A DNA stretch of 64,000 nucleotides from Anthoceros angustus. Taxonomy: Eukaryota > Plantae > Anthocerotophyta. The stretch spans positions 434,001-498,000 of the forward strand of contig VJWM01000007.1 of NCBI GenBank assembly GCA_010909165.1, in the 5' to 3' direction. The number at the start of each line of letters is the position of its first letter. Position 1 is the stretch's first letter. Shown piece after piece: positions 38,601-51,517 of this stretch. A program made the position numbers and the translations under genes. Below the pieces are notes generated by a model that worked only from the letters and a program-made list of their open reading frames with translations, searched no databases and had not been told where the DNA came from.

Positions 38601-39064
38601 CAAGCAGTTGCGCGCTTTTTCCGAGCCTCGCTCCGCGCCGCTTGGACTCACTTGGAGGCATCGTGCATAGAAGAATCGCGCTCACAGCTTGGATTCCAGC
38701 AAATATGACAATGAGGAGCGTAGCATACGCTTATTGCAGTTTATAGTTCTCCATCGCTTCCACCTCACGTCTGCAAAGATGAGTGCCCCGAGCCTGCATC
38801 CTCCTTGTGATCGTCCTCCACCGTCCCACGAGGTCTCCGGGCCGCCCCGGCTTACTCCTCGCTTACTAAGGGAGGTGTTCGGGTTAACTGACTCGCCTTG
38901 TTAATTCTCGGTTGATTATGTTTAGGCAGTTTATATTAGGGTTGTTTAGATGAAAGGGTGCCTAGTCTAGTATAGGCTCATATACACTTTATTAAACTCT
39001 TTTGTATTCATTCTCATATTCAACAATTGCTTTATGCCTCTTCTCCGCTTTCACATCCTAAACA
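26663..39064 (+). mobile_element. Tandem Ty1/Copia LTR retrotransposon dimer (LTR-internal-LTR-internal-LTR), with a 5-bp TSD TCCTC
   Basis: Three ~190-200-bp TG...CA LTRs at 26663-26863, 32780-32965 and 38876-39064. PBS tgatatctgagc follows LTR1 and LTR2, and PPT aagggagg precedes LTR2 and LTR3. TCCTC is at 26658-26662 and 39065-39069. Each internal part has gag (RMKSTLLARGVWGIVDGSIPEP; CGKPGHWANECRK), integrase, RT (QMDVCTAFLHG, CLYGLKQS) and RNase H (RTKHIEVHHHHVRD), all frameshifted. Confidence 0.95.
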
Positions 39065-39069
39065 TCCTC

Positions 39070-39884
39070 TCGTCATTCACGCCGAACCAGCCATTGCGGT
39101 GTGGTCACCATCATACTTAAAGAGTCGGCGCCTACGCATTTCCTCATCATGCATGAACATCAAGAAGAGCAAGGCAAGGAAAAACCTTTTCTATAGTAAG
39201 CAAGTTTCTTCTAGCAATTTCTATTTGCCTCCCTTGATCTTCTACTTTGATTAGAATAGAGCCAATGAAGTTAGCAATAAGTATGGAATCTCCTACTATC
39301 TGGCTATACTTCCAAGCAGTTCTAATCTTTGCATTCCTATATTCTATATCTTGTCTTGCAGCCTTAATCTTCTTCCAATAGCCTTGCTTGCGAGGATTAA
39401 AAGAATCCATCGCAAGGATTGGATGCACTGAGTGTGCATTATTGAAGATTAGGGAACCTGCAAACATGACAGAATCTTTGGCATGCAATCTAAAGAATCT
39501 ATACATCTTCTAAAAAGAGATGAAGAAGAAGATGAAGAAGAAGAGTAGATCAGCATGTCAAGTTGCCCAATGCAAATAGAGAGCAGCAATGCTCTGATAC
39601 CATGATGAGAATCATGACTGCTCTAGGTAGCAAAACATAGAAGGCAGATAGTAGAAAGCTTTGCACAAAAGAGTTGTATGCATTGATTATAATAGAAAGT
39701 ACAAAGCCTTTATATAGGCTAGGTGGTTATAACCATAAGGTGGTTGTAACCATAAGTAGTTCTAACTTCTAGGTGGTTGTAACAACTAACTACTAAATAA
39801 ACTACCTAAAGCCCTAAGAACTAAATTAAATAATAGTCTTAGGTGCCCTAGTGAAGAGTGCCCTAAATAGGTCATATTTCATCA
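39070..39884 (-). mobile_element. 5' LTR (39603-39884), Met-tRNA PBS and leader of the host Copia element
   Basis: LTR bounded by tgatga...tcatca (282 bp). gctctgatacca at 39591-39602 is the reverse complement of PBS TGGTATCAGAGC. No partner LTR was found in the window. Confidence 0.8.
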
Positions 39885-42800
39885 ATTTTAACCAGTTCGT
39901 AATTGACAGTGGAATTGTCCGGCAGCTGATTGTTGCCTACACACAGCAATAGAATGGTGTTGTAGAGAGGAATCAAACCATGGTAGGAATGACAAGGAGC
40001 ATGTTAGAATGGTTTGGTTTGAGCAAGGCTTTTTGGGCAGAAAGAGTACAACCACTTACATACTCAATCGCATCTTGACAAGTGCACTGATTGGGCAGAC
40101 TCCATTTGAAGTTATATGGCGAAGAAAGCTGAGCCTTCTACATCTCCGAGTGTTCGGATCTCCAGCTTACGGCTATATTCCAGAAGAAAAACGCAAGAAG
40201 CTGGAGGACAGAGCTAAACCTATGATTTTTGTTGGCTATGGGGAAGAGGCAAAGGCATACAAGTTATATGACACACTTACCAAAGCAGCTGTCTTTGCTC
40301 GAAGCGTGACATTTAAGGAGCTGCAGTTTCTGCTAAGCCGTACTTCGACTCTTTGCCACACAACCAGAAGACTGTCACTCACATTGAGATGTCTGATCTT
40401 CATGACCCGTCATCTTTTCCACAAGATGATACTCCTCCCTTGGTCGCCCCGAGCCTTCTCGCTATTCCGTGTCAACAACCAAGACAACCGAGATCTTGGA
40501 GTTGCTCGTGACCGTAGTAGTTCCTCGCCGATGGTTTACCCCTCTCCGGGACGATGAATGTGCCCTCACAATGAAGATGCTATAGTTAATGATGAGGGCC
40601 TGCTACTTGAACATGAGGATGAGTTTTTAGGTTTTGAGGATCATGCTCAAGACCTTCTAGCTGGTTCTGATCAGGATGAAGATTTTGGCTTTGCCTTAGT
40701 GCAGGATGCCCCTCCTGTTGTACATGACGAGCCAGAGCCCGAGCCTCGATATCCCCGTCACACTAGGCTGCCTCCTGCTCAATGGGCTGAGCCACCGTAC
40801 ACCTCTGTCGACTTCCGTCGTCCACGGGCTGGTGTGTCCATTCCTCAAGTGCAGTCCCCTCCCATAGATACCAGTTCTCCTTTTGTCAAGCCTGAACCTC
40901 GCTCATATATTGAGGCCACTACAGGAGCTGATAAGGACTACTGAATACCTTCCATCAAAGGTGAGTATGACTCTTTGATAAAAAATGAAACATGGGAATT
41001 TGTGTCCCCTACCAGCAGGAAGAAAAGTAGTCAGTTCCAAGTGGGTCTTTAAACACAAACTGAATGCAGATGGTGAGATTGCCAGATACAAGTCCCGTCT
41101 TGTAGCACGGGGATTTTCTCAAGTTCCTAGAGTTGATTTCACCAAGACCTTCAGCCTTGTGGTTAAGACACAGTCAATCGGAATGATACTTGCTCTGACA
41201 GCGCTAATGCATGGGACTTGCAACAGATGGATGTATGTACAGCTTTTCTGTATGGGGAGTTGGAAGAGGACATATATATGCAGCAACCTAAGGGTTTTGT
41301 AGACCCTGAGCACCCTGACTGGGTCTGCCGCCTCAAGAAGACCATCTATGGTCTTAAACAATCTACCTGGGAGTGGTACAAAATAATTGACAAGTACCTA
41401 AAGTCGATCGGATTTCAGCAGAACCCGGGTGATGCTAATGTTTACCTGTATTCCAAGGGTGGACGGATTGTCGTGCTGGCCCTATATGTGGATGATGCAA
41501 TCCTCGCGTCAAACAATCCAGATTTGTTAGCATGGGTTAAACAAATGCTGCACCAGAAATTTGACATCAAAGACATTGGGCCACTTAGATTTGTCCTTGG
41601 CGGTCAACTTGTTCGGGATTTAGCTTCTAACACCATCATGTTGCACCAGGCTAAGTATATCTCTGAGACCCTTCGACGTTTTCAGTTGGAGACTACTAAG
41701 CCTGTCTTAACTCCTGGTGTTGCTGAAGCAAAGCTATCTGCCGATCACTGTCCCCAGATAGATGATGAACGTCAGGCTATGTCCCAAGTTTCCTATTGCC
41801 ATGCAGTTGGGTGCCTCAACTATATAAGTTGCTGGACTCGCCCTGATATACAATATTCTGTCAGTGTCGTCTCTCAATTCTTGGACAACCCTGGCAGAGA
41901 GCACTGGGGCGCGGTTAAACGAGTCCTACGCTATTTGAAGGGTACTTAGCATTACGGCTTATGCCTGTGGGGCGACCCAGTGAGCTTACTGCTTCGGGTT
42001 CGGCAGCCGATTGGGCCATTGCATCTTGATGCTCGCAGTACATTTCGCCATTGTTTACCCGTCAAATGCTGCACCATCGAATTCAAAGAAACAAGTTAGT
42101 GTAGCTCTGTCCTCCACTGAGGCAGAGTACAAAGCTCTGATCGAAGCTGCCAAGGAAGCAATTTGGGAATGCTGTTTCATGCAAGGCCTTGGATTCCCGC
42201 AATCCAAGCCCACTCCTATCCACTGCGATAATATGTCTACCATAGCCATGACAGCCAACCCGCGGTTCCACGCTCGTACTAAGCACATAGAAGTGCATCA
42301 TCACTTTATCAGGCATTATGTAGAACAGAAGCAAGTTCGTATTCAGTATGTCTCCACAGATGAAAGCACTGCAGACCTGCTTACCAAATACCTACCTACT
42401 CACAAGCACCTTCTGCACATGGAAGCTATGGGCGTGAAGGTCTGCCTCCCGCCTCCCAAGTAGTTTCAATGGTGACCTAAGCTGCAGGCATGGTGGATGA
42501 AGCTTCCCTGAGTACAAAATCGCCTGCTTCTGCAGCTGCTATGGCCTCCAGATTTTCACCCTGAGGGCAGTGGACTGGCGGCTGCGTGCTTGAGTTGCTC
42601 CTCCAGTGATTACCCTTCAGGGTTGAGTGTCGGTTCTTCATCGACTCTTCTCAGGGCAAACGAAATCCAAAGCTGACACTCCCAGCTTGCAACCTGCCAT
42701 CACTATTCATTTGCGAAATTGTTTCATGTGTTGTGGCGGTGCTGGTACTGGTGAGCCCTTCCTCGCACACGTCTCCTATGCTTCCTTTGTTCCTCACAGA

Positions 42801-43094
42801 GATACTGGTATAAGAGGAACACAACGATCGCGAAGGCACAGACGAGGTATCAGAATAATGAGCTCGCCATAGTCATAAAGATTGTTCGATGCTAATGTAC
42901 CGCCTCCGCCGGGCATGTTGGAAGTAACCCCTGTTAGCTCTTTATAAACATAGCAAAACAAGTAGTAGGTTATATATAAGTTAAATGTGAACAGTCATGA
43001 CTCTATAAGAGTTTTGTATATAAACACTTTTTGTTTATTCAATTATTGATCTTTTGGGTACATCGTAGTTGTGCATACTATCCGATGTTTTACA
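39885..43094 (+). mobile_element. Ty1/Copia element 2, 3' half: integrase (partial), RT, RNase H, 3' LTR 42916-43094
   Basis: NGVVERNQTM, HLRVFGSPAY, KWVFKHKLNADGEIARYKSRLVARGFSQ, QMDVCTAFLYG, IYGLKQS, LYVDD, ALSSTEAEY and RTKHIEVHHHFIR. The LTR tgttggaag...gatgttttaca is followed by GTCGC. Confidence 0.9.
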
Positions 43095-43099
43095 GTCGC

Positions 43100-46000
43100 T
43101 ACAGCAGTATCAACAGAAATGTGCTTGCTGTCAATGAGGATGTCTAGGATCTAAAGGAGTAGATAATACATTTGGATTACAAACTAATTGCCTTGATAAA
43201 ATAAAAAAAACTGGGATACTTTAAGGGTGATAAGATAATCATCCATGAAAGATCGAGATGTGTCATACCTGAAAACCCATTATAGCGAGGATGGTCCCAG
43301 CTACATAGAATAGATAGATATGTACATTTTTACACAAGTTTCAATCTAAAGATGAAGGAATCTAACTCTGTCGAACACCATATCAACACTTTCCAGCAAG
43401 CTAGATCTCAATATGAAGCTGCCACCAACACCTCCGTTTCCGAACTTGTTGCATTCCTTGTTCTCTTGATATCCCTCCCACCCTCCCTCTGGACCATTTC
43501 TCACTGTGGTTAGACAAAAGAATTGGGCGGCTTGATGCGACACGACCTCGACATCGTGTCGCGAACTCGCCAGCCATGATTCGGGAGGAGTCCGGTCGCC
43601 ATGAGCCCAAGTCCACAGGTGATGTTGGAAGAGGCGAAGGAAGAGGGCGGCAAAAGTTCTCCTTCAATAGACACCTTATTCCACACCAAACAAATCTCAT
43701 GGCGAATCCTCTTCCACACCTTCCGGGGGTAACAAAAAGTGGAATTATTTGTAATTGGTGCGAGAATTCCTAATCACATGGAAAAGGATAGAAAGAAGAA
43801 GAATGGGAACCTAGATCGAGGCCCGCCGCTCATGTTGCTTGAAGAAACACTCTTCATCAACAACACGTGTGCTCACTATTTGCCTTGCATCCTCTAAGCC
43901 GCCACCGCTTATTGGTACAGACGGTGGAGCAACATCACATATCTGCTACAACAAAGACTCCTTGAGTCATACACGGACATCCGACATTCTCTGGGCGATG
44001 ATCACACCTTCCATAGCGGGCCTAGGTTGTTGTACTCGGATGTGATTCAGTCGACTCTTCATCTTCACCAAGTCCTCCATGTTCGCCATGTGCAAAACCT
44101 AGTGTCGCTAGTCTTTGCAAAGAACACATGTGTCCTTTTATATGCCGATAGTTGTTCCTTTCCTACCTCAAGAATAGAACACACAATACGCATCTTAGAA
44201 GATGGACTCTATAGATTGTCGATTAAAGTAGGAGCCACACATTGTCAATAGCCTCCCAACATTACACACAACACACACGATGCTCGCATTGTAGATTAGT
44301 CATCCTAATAGTCGAAGTTACTCCAAATGTCTAGAGACAACCTTTATAGAACACCTGTCTCTCCAAGGTTCACAACTTAGATTGGTGCGAACACTCACTG
44401 GCGTCACACCTTTCAAAATCCATCTCCTCAAAGGGCCAAGTCACCTTTAGAGATAGTACACACATTGTGGACCCTCTCTACACCCTCCTTTGGTAGTAGA
44501 TACTTCTTAACTTTTACCGACGACTATTCCGTTCGCCTCTCCTACATCCTCACAAAAGAGTGAAACTTATCGGTTTTCAAGGATTACATGGCATGGGCAG
44601 AAAGGCTTACAGATCACAAACTCAAGACCTTACGTTCCGACAACGGTGGAGAGTTTACATCTCATAGATTTGCTGAATTTTGTCGAGTGAAGGCGTAGCT
44701 CAACAATTAAGTGTAGTATACACTCCTCAAAAAAATGGCGTGAGAAAATAAGAATCTCCGCCTCCAAGAGATTCACAGTTGCTGTTAACACAAGCTAACT
44801 TATCCAAAGCTTATTGGGGTGAGGCCCTCCTTACAAACCTATCTCATGAATCGCCGACTTCCTCGATTCATGACTCCATATGAAGCATTCACCGGCAACA
44901 AGCCTTCCATAGATCACCTTGATTTTTGGATCTCCGCATATGTCTTTATCCCTAAAGTACAACAAGTTAGATCCAAAAGCTGCCAAATATCTATTATTGG
45001 CTACAAGGCATCAAAGGTTACAAGCTATTTGAACCCACCACGGAAGCTTATATATGCCGAGTGTTACTTTTCATGAGTCTTACCTCTTTTCCCCGCAGTG
45101 GGAGTACATCCCCGAGGCGTCTCCAAGAGCCTCGGATACCTCCTCATTGATGATCATTATATCACTCAATTTCCAGTTCGCTCTACGTGTTCCCATGGTT
45201 GAACCTCTTACGGGAGGAGGAGGTTAGCATCTATTCCATGAAACACCACCGGATGGCGACAACATTCAAGTCGAGGAGCCGTTGACACTCTTTATGAAGA
45301 GCATGATGACCCTCCGTGAATGACATGGAGCACCATGATCCTATTGATGTTCTGCTCCAGTGGAAGATGCACGGAACCTACAAAGGTACAACTTAAGAAC
45401 CCGTCCGCAATCCCGGACCCGCAGGATGGAAGGAACCTCCTTTAGGATATCTAGCTGTTTTGATGATCCTATTCCCCTGTATCACTTTACTCACAAGTGT
45501 ATACAAGGCAACCATAGATCCGGAAGAACCTCTTACCTTAAAACAAGCTTTCTCTTCTCACGAAAAGCCTTATGGAAGGTAGTCAGATTCGAATATAACT
45601 CTCTCATTAGTAACTCTACATGGGAATTGGTTAAGCCACCTAAGGGTAGGAAGATAGTCACCAGCAAATGGGTATTCAAAATTAAGAGAAAAGGAGATGG
45701 TTCCATTGAGAGATACAAAGCACGCCTTGTGGCGGGATTCACCCGATACGGGTTTAGATTACCTCCCATGGGCCACATTCGCTCCGAGCAAAGTTTGCTT
45801 CCCTTAGAATAATCTTAATACATCATGATCTTGAGCTCCATATGATGGATGTGAAGACAACATATCTCTATGGCCGTCTTCAAGAAGAAATCTACATGAA
45901 ACAGCCCAAGGTTATGAGGTTAAAGGCAAGGAAGATTGGGTATGCAGACTAATTAAAGGCTTGTATGGCCTTAAGCAATCGGTAAAATTGGAATATGGAC

Positions 46001-47030
46001 ATACATGTGAAACTCATCAAAGAGGCTTAGGCAAAGTGATGCCGATGCATGCATGTATATCCTAATATCGAGCAATGATACCTTTTACTTATTGCTCTCG
46101 TCGACGTATTCATGACTCTCTTACTCTCCTAGCCGAGATCAAAAGGCGGCTCAAGACTTTTATGAAATGTCCGATTTAGGAGAAATGACATATGCACTTG
46201 GTGTCAACATTATTAGAGATCGAGCAAACAAGACTCGAGTATTGTTCAAACCAAGTACATTAAAGAAAGTTTAACCAAGTTTGGACTTGAAGATGCGAAA
46301 CACCTACACCTTTGCTAGTCGGGCTTACCATGGATATGAGTCCAAAGACAGACAAGTTGGAAATGTCGGCCATATCGACATCTGTTGGCACACTTATATA
46401 TTTATCCAACTTCACCGACCGGATATATCTTTCAAGTCGCTCTGCTCACAATTCACGAGAACCACAGGCGTGAACCGGATGTCAACTAAGCGCATATTCG
46501 GATACCTCAAGGGTACCATGCACAGGATTGACATTCAAGTATACACCGGGCATAAAGACGTTGACATTAACGACTTCGGCCGACTATCTTTGGTGACCCA
46601 CGCAGATCCGTATGTACGTGCATTGGGGAGCACCAATATCCTGGTCAAGTAAGAAACAACCAACCATAGCCTTGTCCAGCACTGAGTCAGAGTAGAGTAC
46701 TAACCTCAGTTGCTAAAGACATAGTATGGACTAGGCTAACCTTGAGTGAACTTCATCACAAGCAGGAAAAGCCCACCTTGTTGTTGAGTGATAGTCAGGG
46801 AGCTATAGCCTTGTCAAGGAACCCTGTCTTCCACTCTAGAACTAAACATATTGCTGTCGAATATCATTACATCAGAGAGAAAATAGAGGATAAAACTATA
46901 GATATTAGTTATGTTCAAACTTTAGATAACGCAGCTGATTTATTAACAAAGTCATTAGGCATTGAACTGCAGAGGAAACACATGAAATGTTTAGGTATAT
47001 TGGACACATTGTCTAAGCCTCCAGCCTAGA
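43100..47030 (+). mobile_element. Degenerate Ty1/Copia element 3 (gag-protease-integrase-RT-RNase H)
   Basis: LKMKESNSVEHHINTF, DGGATSHIC, LRSDNGGEFTS, KWVFKIKRKGDGSIERYKARLVA, MDVKTTYLYG and DSQGAIALSRNPVFHSRTKHIAVEYHYIRE, with many stops and indels. LTRs were not resolved. Confidence 0.85.
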
Positions 47031-48679
47031 GTTCATCCTAGCAGCTAAATTGGTCTACTTGAGATAACCTTAAGAAACTAGTCCAATATTCTATTCTAAG
47101 TCTTCTGAACAATCATCCTCAATCTCAACATAGGCCTTGTAGCCTGCGTCCTCTCCTTCATACATAGTTGAGGAGCTATCTGGAAAATAATATTAAAATA
47201 TTAAATAATATTTTCTAATTAAAACTTTTCCATATTTTCTTAACCTCAAGAATACTCGATAGACATGGATCATATGTCCGGAAATTCTTCACAGGCCCCG
47301 TATCATGTATCTTAGTTTCTGGCAAACATAGGAGCATGGTATGCGTCTGCGCTCCCTTTCATATTAGTGATTATATAGATGAGCTTCACATCATCACCCT
47401 TGGGATATATGCCGGGCTTCCAAACCCTATGTTTCCTATTCTATGTCTTCCTTCGGGCGGAAATCTAAAATGGGCAAGTTTTAGCAAGAGAAAATAAGTT
47501 AGAACACCTTTTTAGAATCACAAAAGGCATGTCTACCTTTTCATTTTCTCATTTTCTTCATTTTCCATTTCATTTTCCTTTTTCCCATAATTTTCCATAC
47601 ATAAATCTGCGAAAATAGTATCAGAAAATTCATCACAATTTAATATTTTTGAACTGGAAAATGGTCATTTGAAGATGCCCACAAACGGGCTTACAACTAG
47701 GTGCCTCTCCACAAAAAGGGGGCATCCATCCTCAAGGTGCCTCCCTTCACGACGGGGAATGCCTTGCTACACCATGCTATTACTTGAGATTTCAGCCTCT
47801 TCATCAGAAGTCCTTCCATGAAGATTCTTCCAGGCACTTGTCGAGAGAGAACAATCTCGGCGATTTCTTCTCACAAGAACCTTTCTCTTCCTCCGATCTC
47901 ATCACACACACACAACGTGTGACGACATGCATTGAGCATGGCTTGGGATTAGCGAGCACTTCAACAAATTGAGACAAGACATGGGGAGCTCTTCTAATTT
48001 TCCGGCGGTGAGTACTCCCGCATGGCAGCACTCACATCAATTGGCCTCCGGCTGCGGGCGACCTCCACCTCTCCGGTGACTTCAACATCACGAGTGCGGA
48101 CCACTTCCTACCACCGGCGTGGTGGGCTCTCAACAAAGGTTGGAATCCATTTAGAGGCGGTGGAGGATCACTGTCGCCGGGGCGTCTGCTCTTGAGCGCG
48201 ATCCCTCCCAGGCCTCCCTTCTTTCTTTTTCCACGCAGGCGGTGGCGTTCACCTACTTGCAGCGCGGCGCGGGGCCAGTACATGTGTGGTGGCGGCGCGC
48301 CCCCGATGGCGCGCCCTCGGGCGCGCCTTCCTGTGTCTCAGCCATGGCCGCAAGTTCTTTGGGTTCATGAGCGGGAGGCGAGCGGGAGGCGGGGGCGAGG
48401 AGGAGGAGAATAAAACCGTATGGGAGGGTACATTGGTATGACCCCCCATGGGCATACTGACGGCATCATATGGCCGGGCGTTACCATTTAATGGGTTTCA
48501 CTTTACCTCTTTCAAGTTTTCCTTTAACTTTTACCTATGGTTTTTACTAAGATTAATCTAGTTTAAGTTTTACTTTTATCTTTTACCTGGTTTAGGAATT
48601 TACTATTTTCCTAATTAAGTTTTTGGTAATTAATTTTGATTATATTAAATTCTATCTATTAATTATTTTGATTTTGTCA

Positions 48680-49751
48680 GCGTCTATTAAATTCCGCCGC
48701 AAAGAGCGCTTGGTTCGGAGGCGATGGCCACTCGTAATTGGACGCTGACAAAGATAGCGCCAAAGCACAGGGTGCCTAGCGCGGCGGCTGCGAAGCTGAA
48801 GTTGGTCGAGAATGGCCTTCTACCATTGGTAGCGTCGGGAGTAGCGAGCGGGGCGTCCTTTCACTGCGCGCGTGGCATGAGACTGCATTGCTTACCTCTA
48901 GCTTTTCTGTTTGCCGCCGCCGCTACTCGCGTGCCTACAGCCTTACTCGCATGTACGGGAGCATGGTTACCTTTGCACCTGCGGCCACTAGCAACCCTAC
49001 GGTCCACAGTCCGGCTGCATGCACATCCCCTCTCAGCACTATCCACGTGGCACTCCCTTGCCAGAATCGCCCGGTTCGGGATTACCTTTCTGGCGTACTT
49101 GTGCGACTTACTCGGGTGAGTCCGGACTCCCCGGGTCTACTCACGGTCACGGTGGTAGTCCCTCGAGCGCTCCGAGTGGATTCGGGGTCACCACTGTCTA
49201 CTCGGGTGAGTCCAGGCCCCTGTCCTTAAGCGTTGATCGATCGTTCGGGCGGCTTTGAAACTCGGGCGGCACGAGGTTTCCGGGCTTTGAGGATTTTGGT
49301 CGATCGTTCGGAGGAGGAGTTGCACGACACTTTCAGATCTGAGAAAGCAGACTTCGTAAACGAGACTTATAGCCGTGAGGTTACATGATTCACTTTTAAC
49401 TGTGACGCGTCCCTGCACAAAAGGCGCCCACCCGGCGTGGCTTTGGCTTCCCAAGCGACGCCGGCCTGGGATGTCTGGACTCAGCAGCACCACTCCTACC
49501 TTTTCGTCCTCATCCTGCCGATCCTTCCTGAATCCGGGACTGGCATGTCCTTCCTCATGCTCTGATACCATGTAAAACATCGGATAGTGTGCACAACTAT
49601 GATGTACCCAAAAGATCAATAATTGAATAAACAAAAAGTGTTTATATACAAAACTCTTGTGGAGTCATGACTGTTCATACTTAACTTACCTACCTATACT
49701 AACAGCTGCTATGTTTATAAGAAGCTAACCCTAACGGTATTACTTTTAATA
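48680..49751 (-). mobile_element. 5' part of Copia element 2 in inverted orientation: 5' LTR (49570-49751), PBS and degenerate gag start
   Basis: 49570-49751 is the reverse complement of the LTR at 42916-43094 (3' ~105 bp differ at 4 positions). PBS gctctgatacca is at 49558-49569. The outer flank GCGAC is the reverse complement of TSD GTCGC. Confidence 0.85.
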
Positions 49752-50027
49752 GCGACAATCTACAATCCTGTTGTTATAACGCCTTTAAGCTCTTAAAAAT
49801 AGTTCTAACACATGTTTGTGGTACGACATGCATTATGAGAAAAACCACGAGGCTGTTCATTTTCATCGAAGCCTCGTTGAACGCTCACTTTGGGTAGATT
49901 GTGTGGATTCTGAGGAGTAAGAGCAAAGATTAGAGTTTTGTCTTCAGGGCACCAACAATATTATTTAATGCTTCCGTTATATTAGCTATTTGCATAAGCT
50001 AGTCCTCATTTTTGTAACTCCACTCAT

Positions 50028-51517
50028 AACACCGTCTGTGTAGAGAGGGGTTTCTCCTGAAACCCCTTTTTGCACACGGACGTGGCCGGACCTCTTTTTG
50101 CACTTGAAAAAATCCGCACTATAATCATCCTTTTTGGTATTTCTCTGCAGACATGTCACACGCAACCTTTTGAATAATTGTTGTGATATACGTTATTTGA
50201 GATTGTAGATTGCAAGTACATGGCAAAAACCTAAAGTCCCACGTTCGTTCGGGCTTTTTCTTTCAAATTGGACACGAGAATTTAGATGTAAAACTTATGC
50301 GGCACGTCGTCTAAGCTGATCTCCAACACATGGCAATCATTGCCGGTGTTGAAAAGCTACAAGCCGTTTAGAGTTTTTAGGGCTTGCATAATTACGGTGT
50401 GCAAACTTGTTTGCGCACCAACCTTTCATTCATACCGACAATCCTAAGACTATACTCGCTCGTAATTTTGCTGTGACTTTGTTTCTTAGACATTGGGACA
50501 ATAATATCTTCGTTGATGCTCCACTTGATCCAGCGTGTAGTGTGAATAGAGAATGAGGTGGCATAGTGCGCACTTGGAGGCTGGGCCCCGTAAGCGTCTC
50601 AAGATTCAAAAGATGCAAAAGGTTCTCACTACTAGTTCAAAGTTTTAACCACTAGAAAAAAGATAAGGGCTAAGTAAAGATAAGAACATACCCACATTAG
50701 GGAGGTGCACAAAAAAGGTTGAAAATGTCGAAAGGAATTCTTTAAAACAACAAAAATATCAAAAAATATCAAAATTTTAGGGCAAGTGCGCGCACTTGCC
50801 TCAAAAAATTGGACTTTTTTGGGGTCTTTTTGATTTTTTGCTCAGTTTTTCTTTGGATGAACCATCTGAGAAAGCACTATGAGGCATAAACCATATGGGT
50901 TCATGCTTCTAGGCCCTTCTTGACCTTGGGTGCGGCATTAGCATAACGTGCCTTTTCATGCCCCCTTGTGCGCGCACAGGGTACACGCACCTGGAGCCCC
51001 TTGCCCAGCGGGTGCCTTGTTCACCAGTGGAGCCCCTCGCATGTTTGATGATAACCCAGTACTAGGTCACCGTCGAAAGAGACGGTAAAATGGGGATAGG
51101 GTATTCTTCGTCACATTAGGGCATGGGATAGATATATGAGAGCGGTTTAGGTGAACCTCCGCCAAAGTCTGCTACTTGTTATTTTGTCGGGAGTTCCGAC
51201 ACATCCTCAAACCTCCAAAAGGACATGTTTCCCCATTAGAAGATCATTTTTCGCGTTCTTTTTGCACAATGCGTGCACAAGTTTGCGCATAGCGTTGTTT
51301 ATCTTTTGGTGCTACTAAATCACCATGAACCTGAGTACAAGGCGTCAGCGCGGTATAAATGACTCGACAGGAAGTGGTGTCGGAGCCGAGAATGCCCGAA
51401 ACCAATGGATGAACACTTACAAAAACCAAACCAACTTCAGTTTCTGGTGAAATAGGGTTGAGATTTTTTCCAAAACCCCTTTTGGCAGGAGAAACCCCAT
51501 TCTACACAGACGTTGTT
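50028..51517. mobile_element. Non-autonomous DNA transposon (MITE-like, 1.49 kb) with 32-bp TIRs and a 4-bp TSD TCAT
   Basis: Left end aacaccgtctgtgtagagaggggtttctcctg versus reverse complement of the right end aacaacgtctgtgtagaatggggtttctcctg (29/32 match). TCAT at 50024-50027 and 51518-51521. No coding signature inside. Confidence 0.8.
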
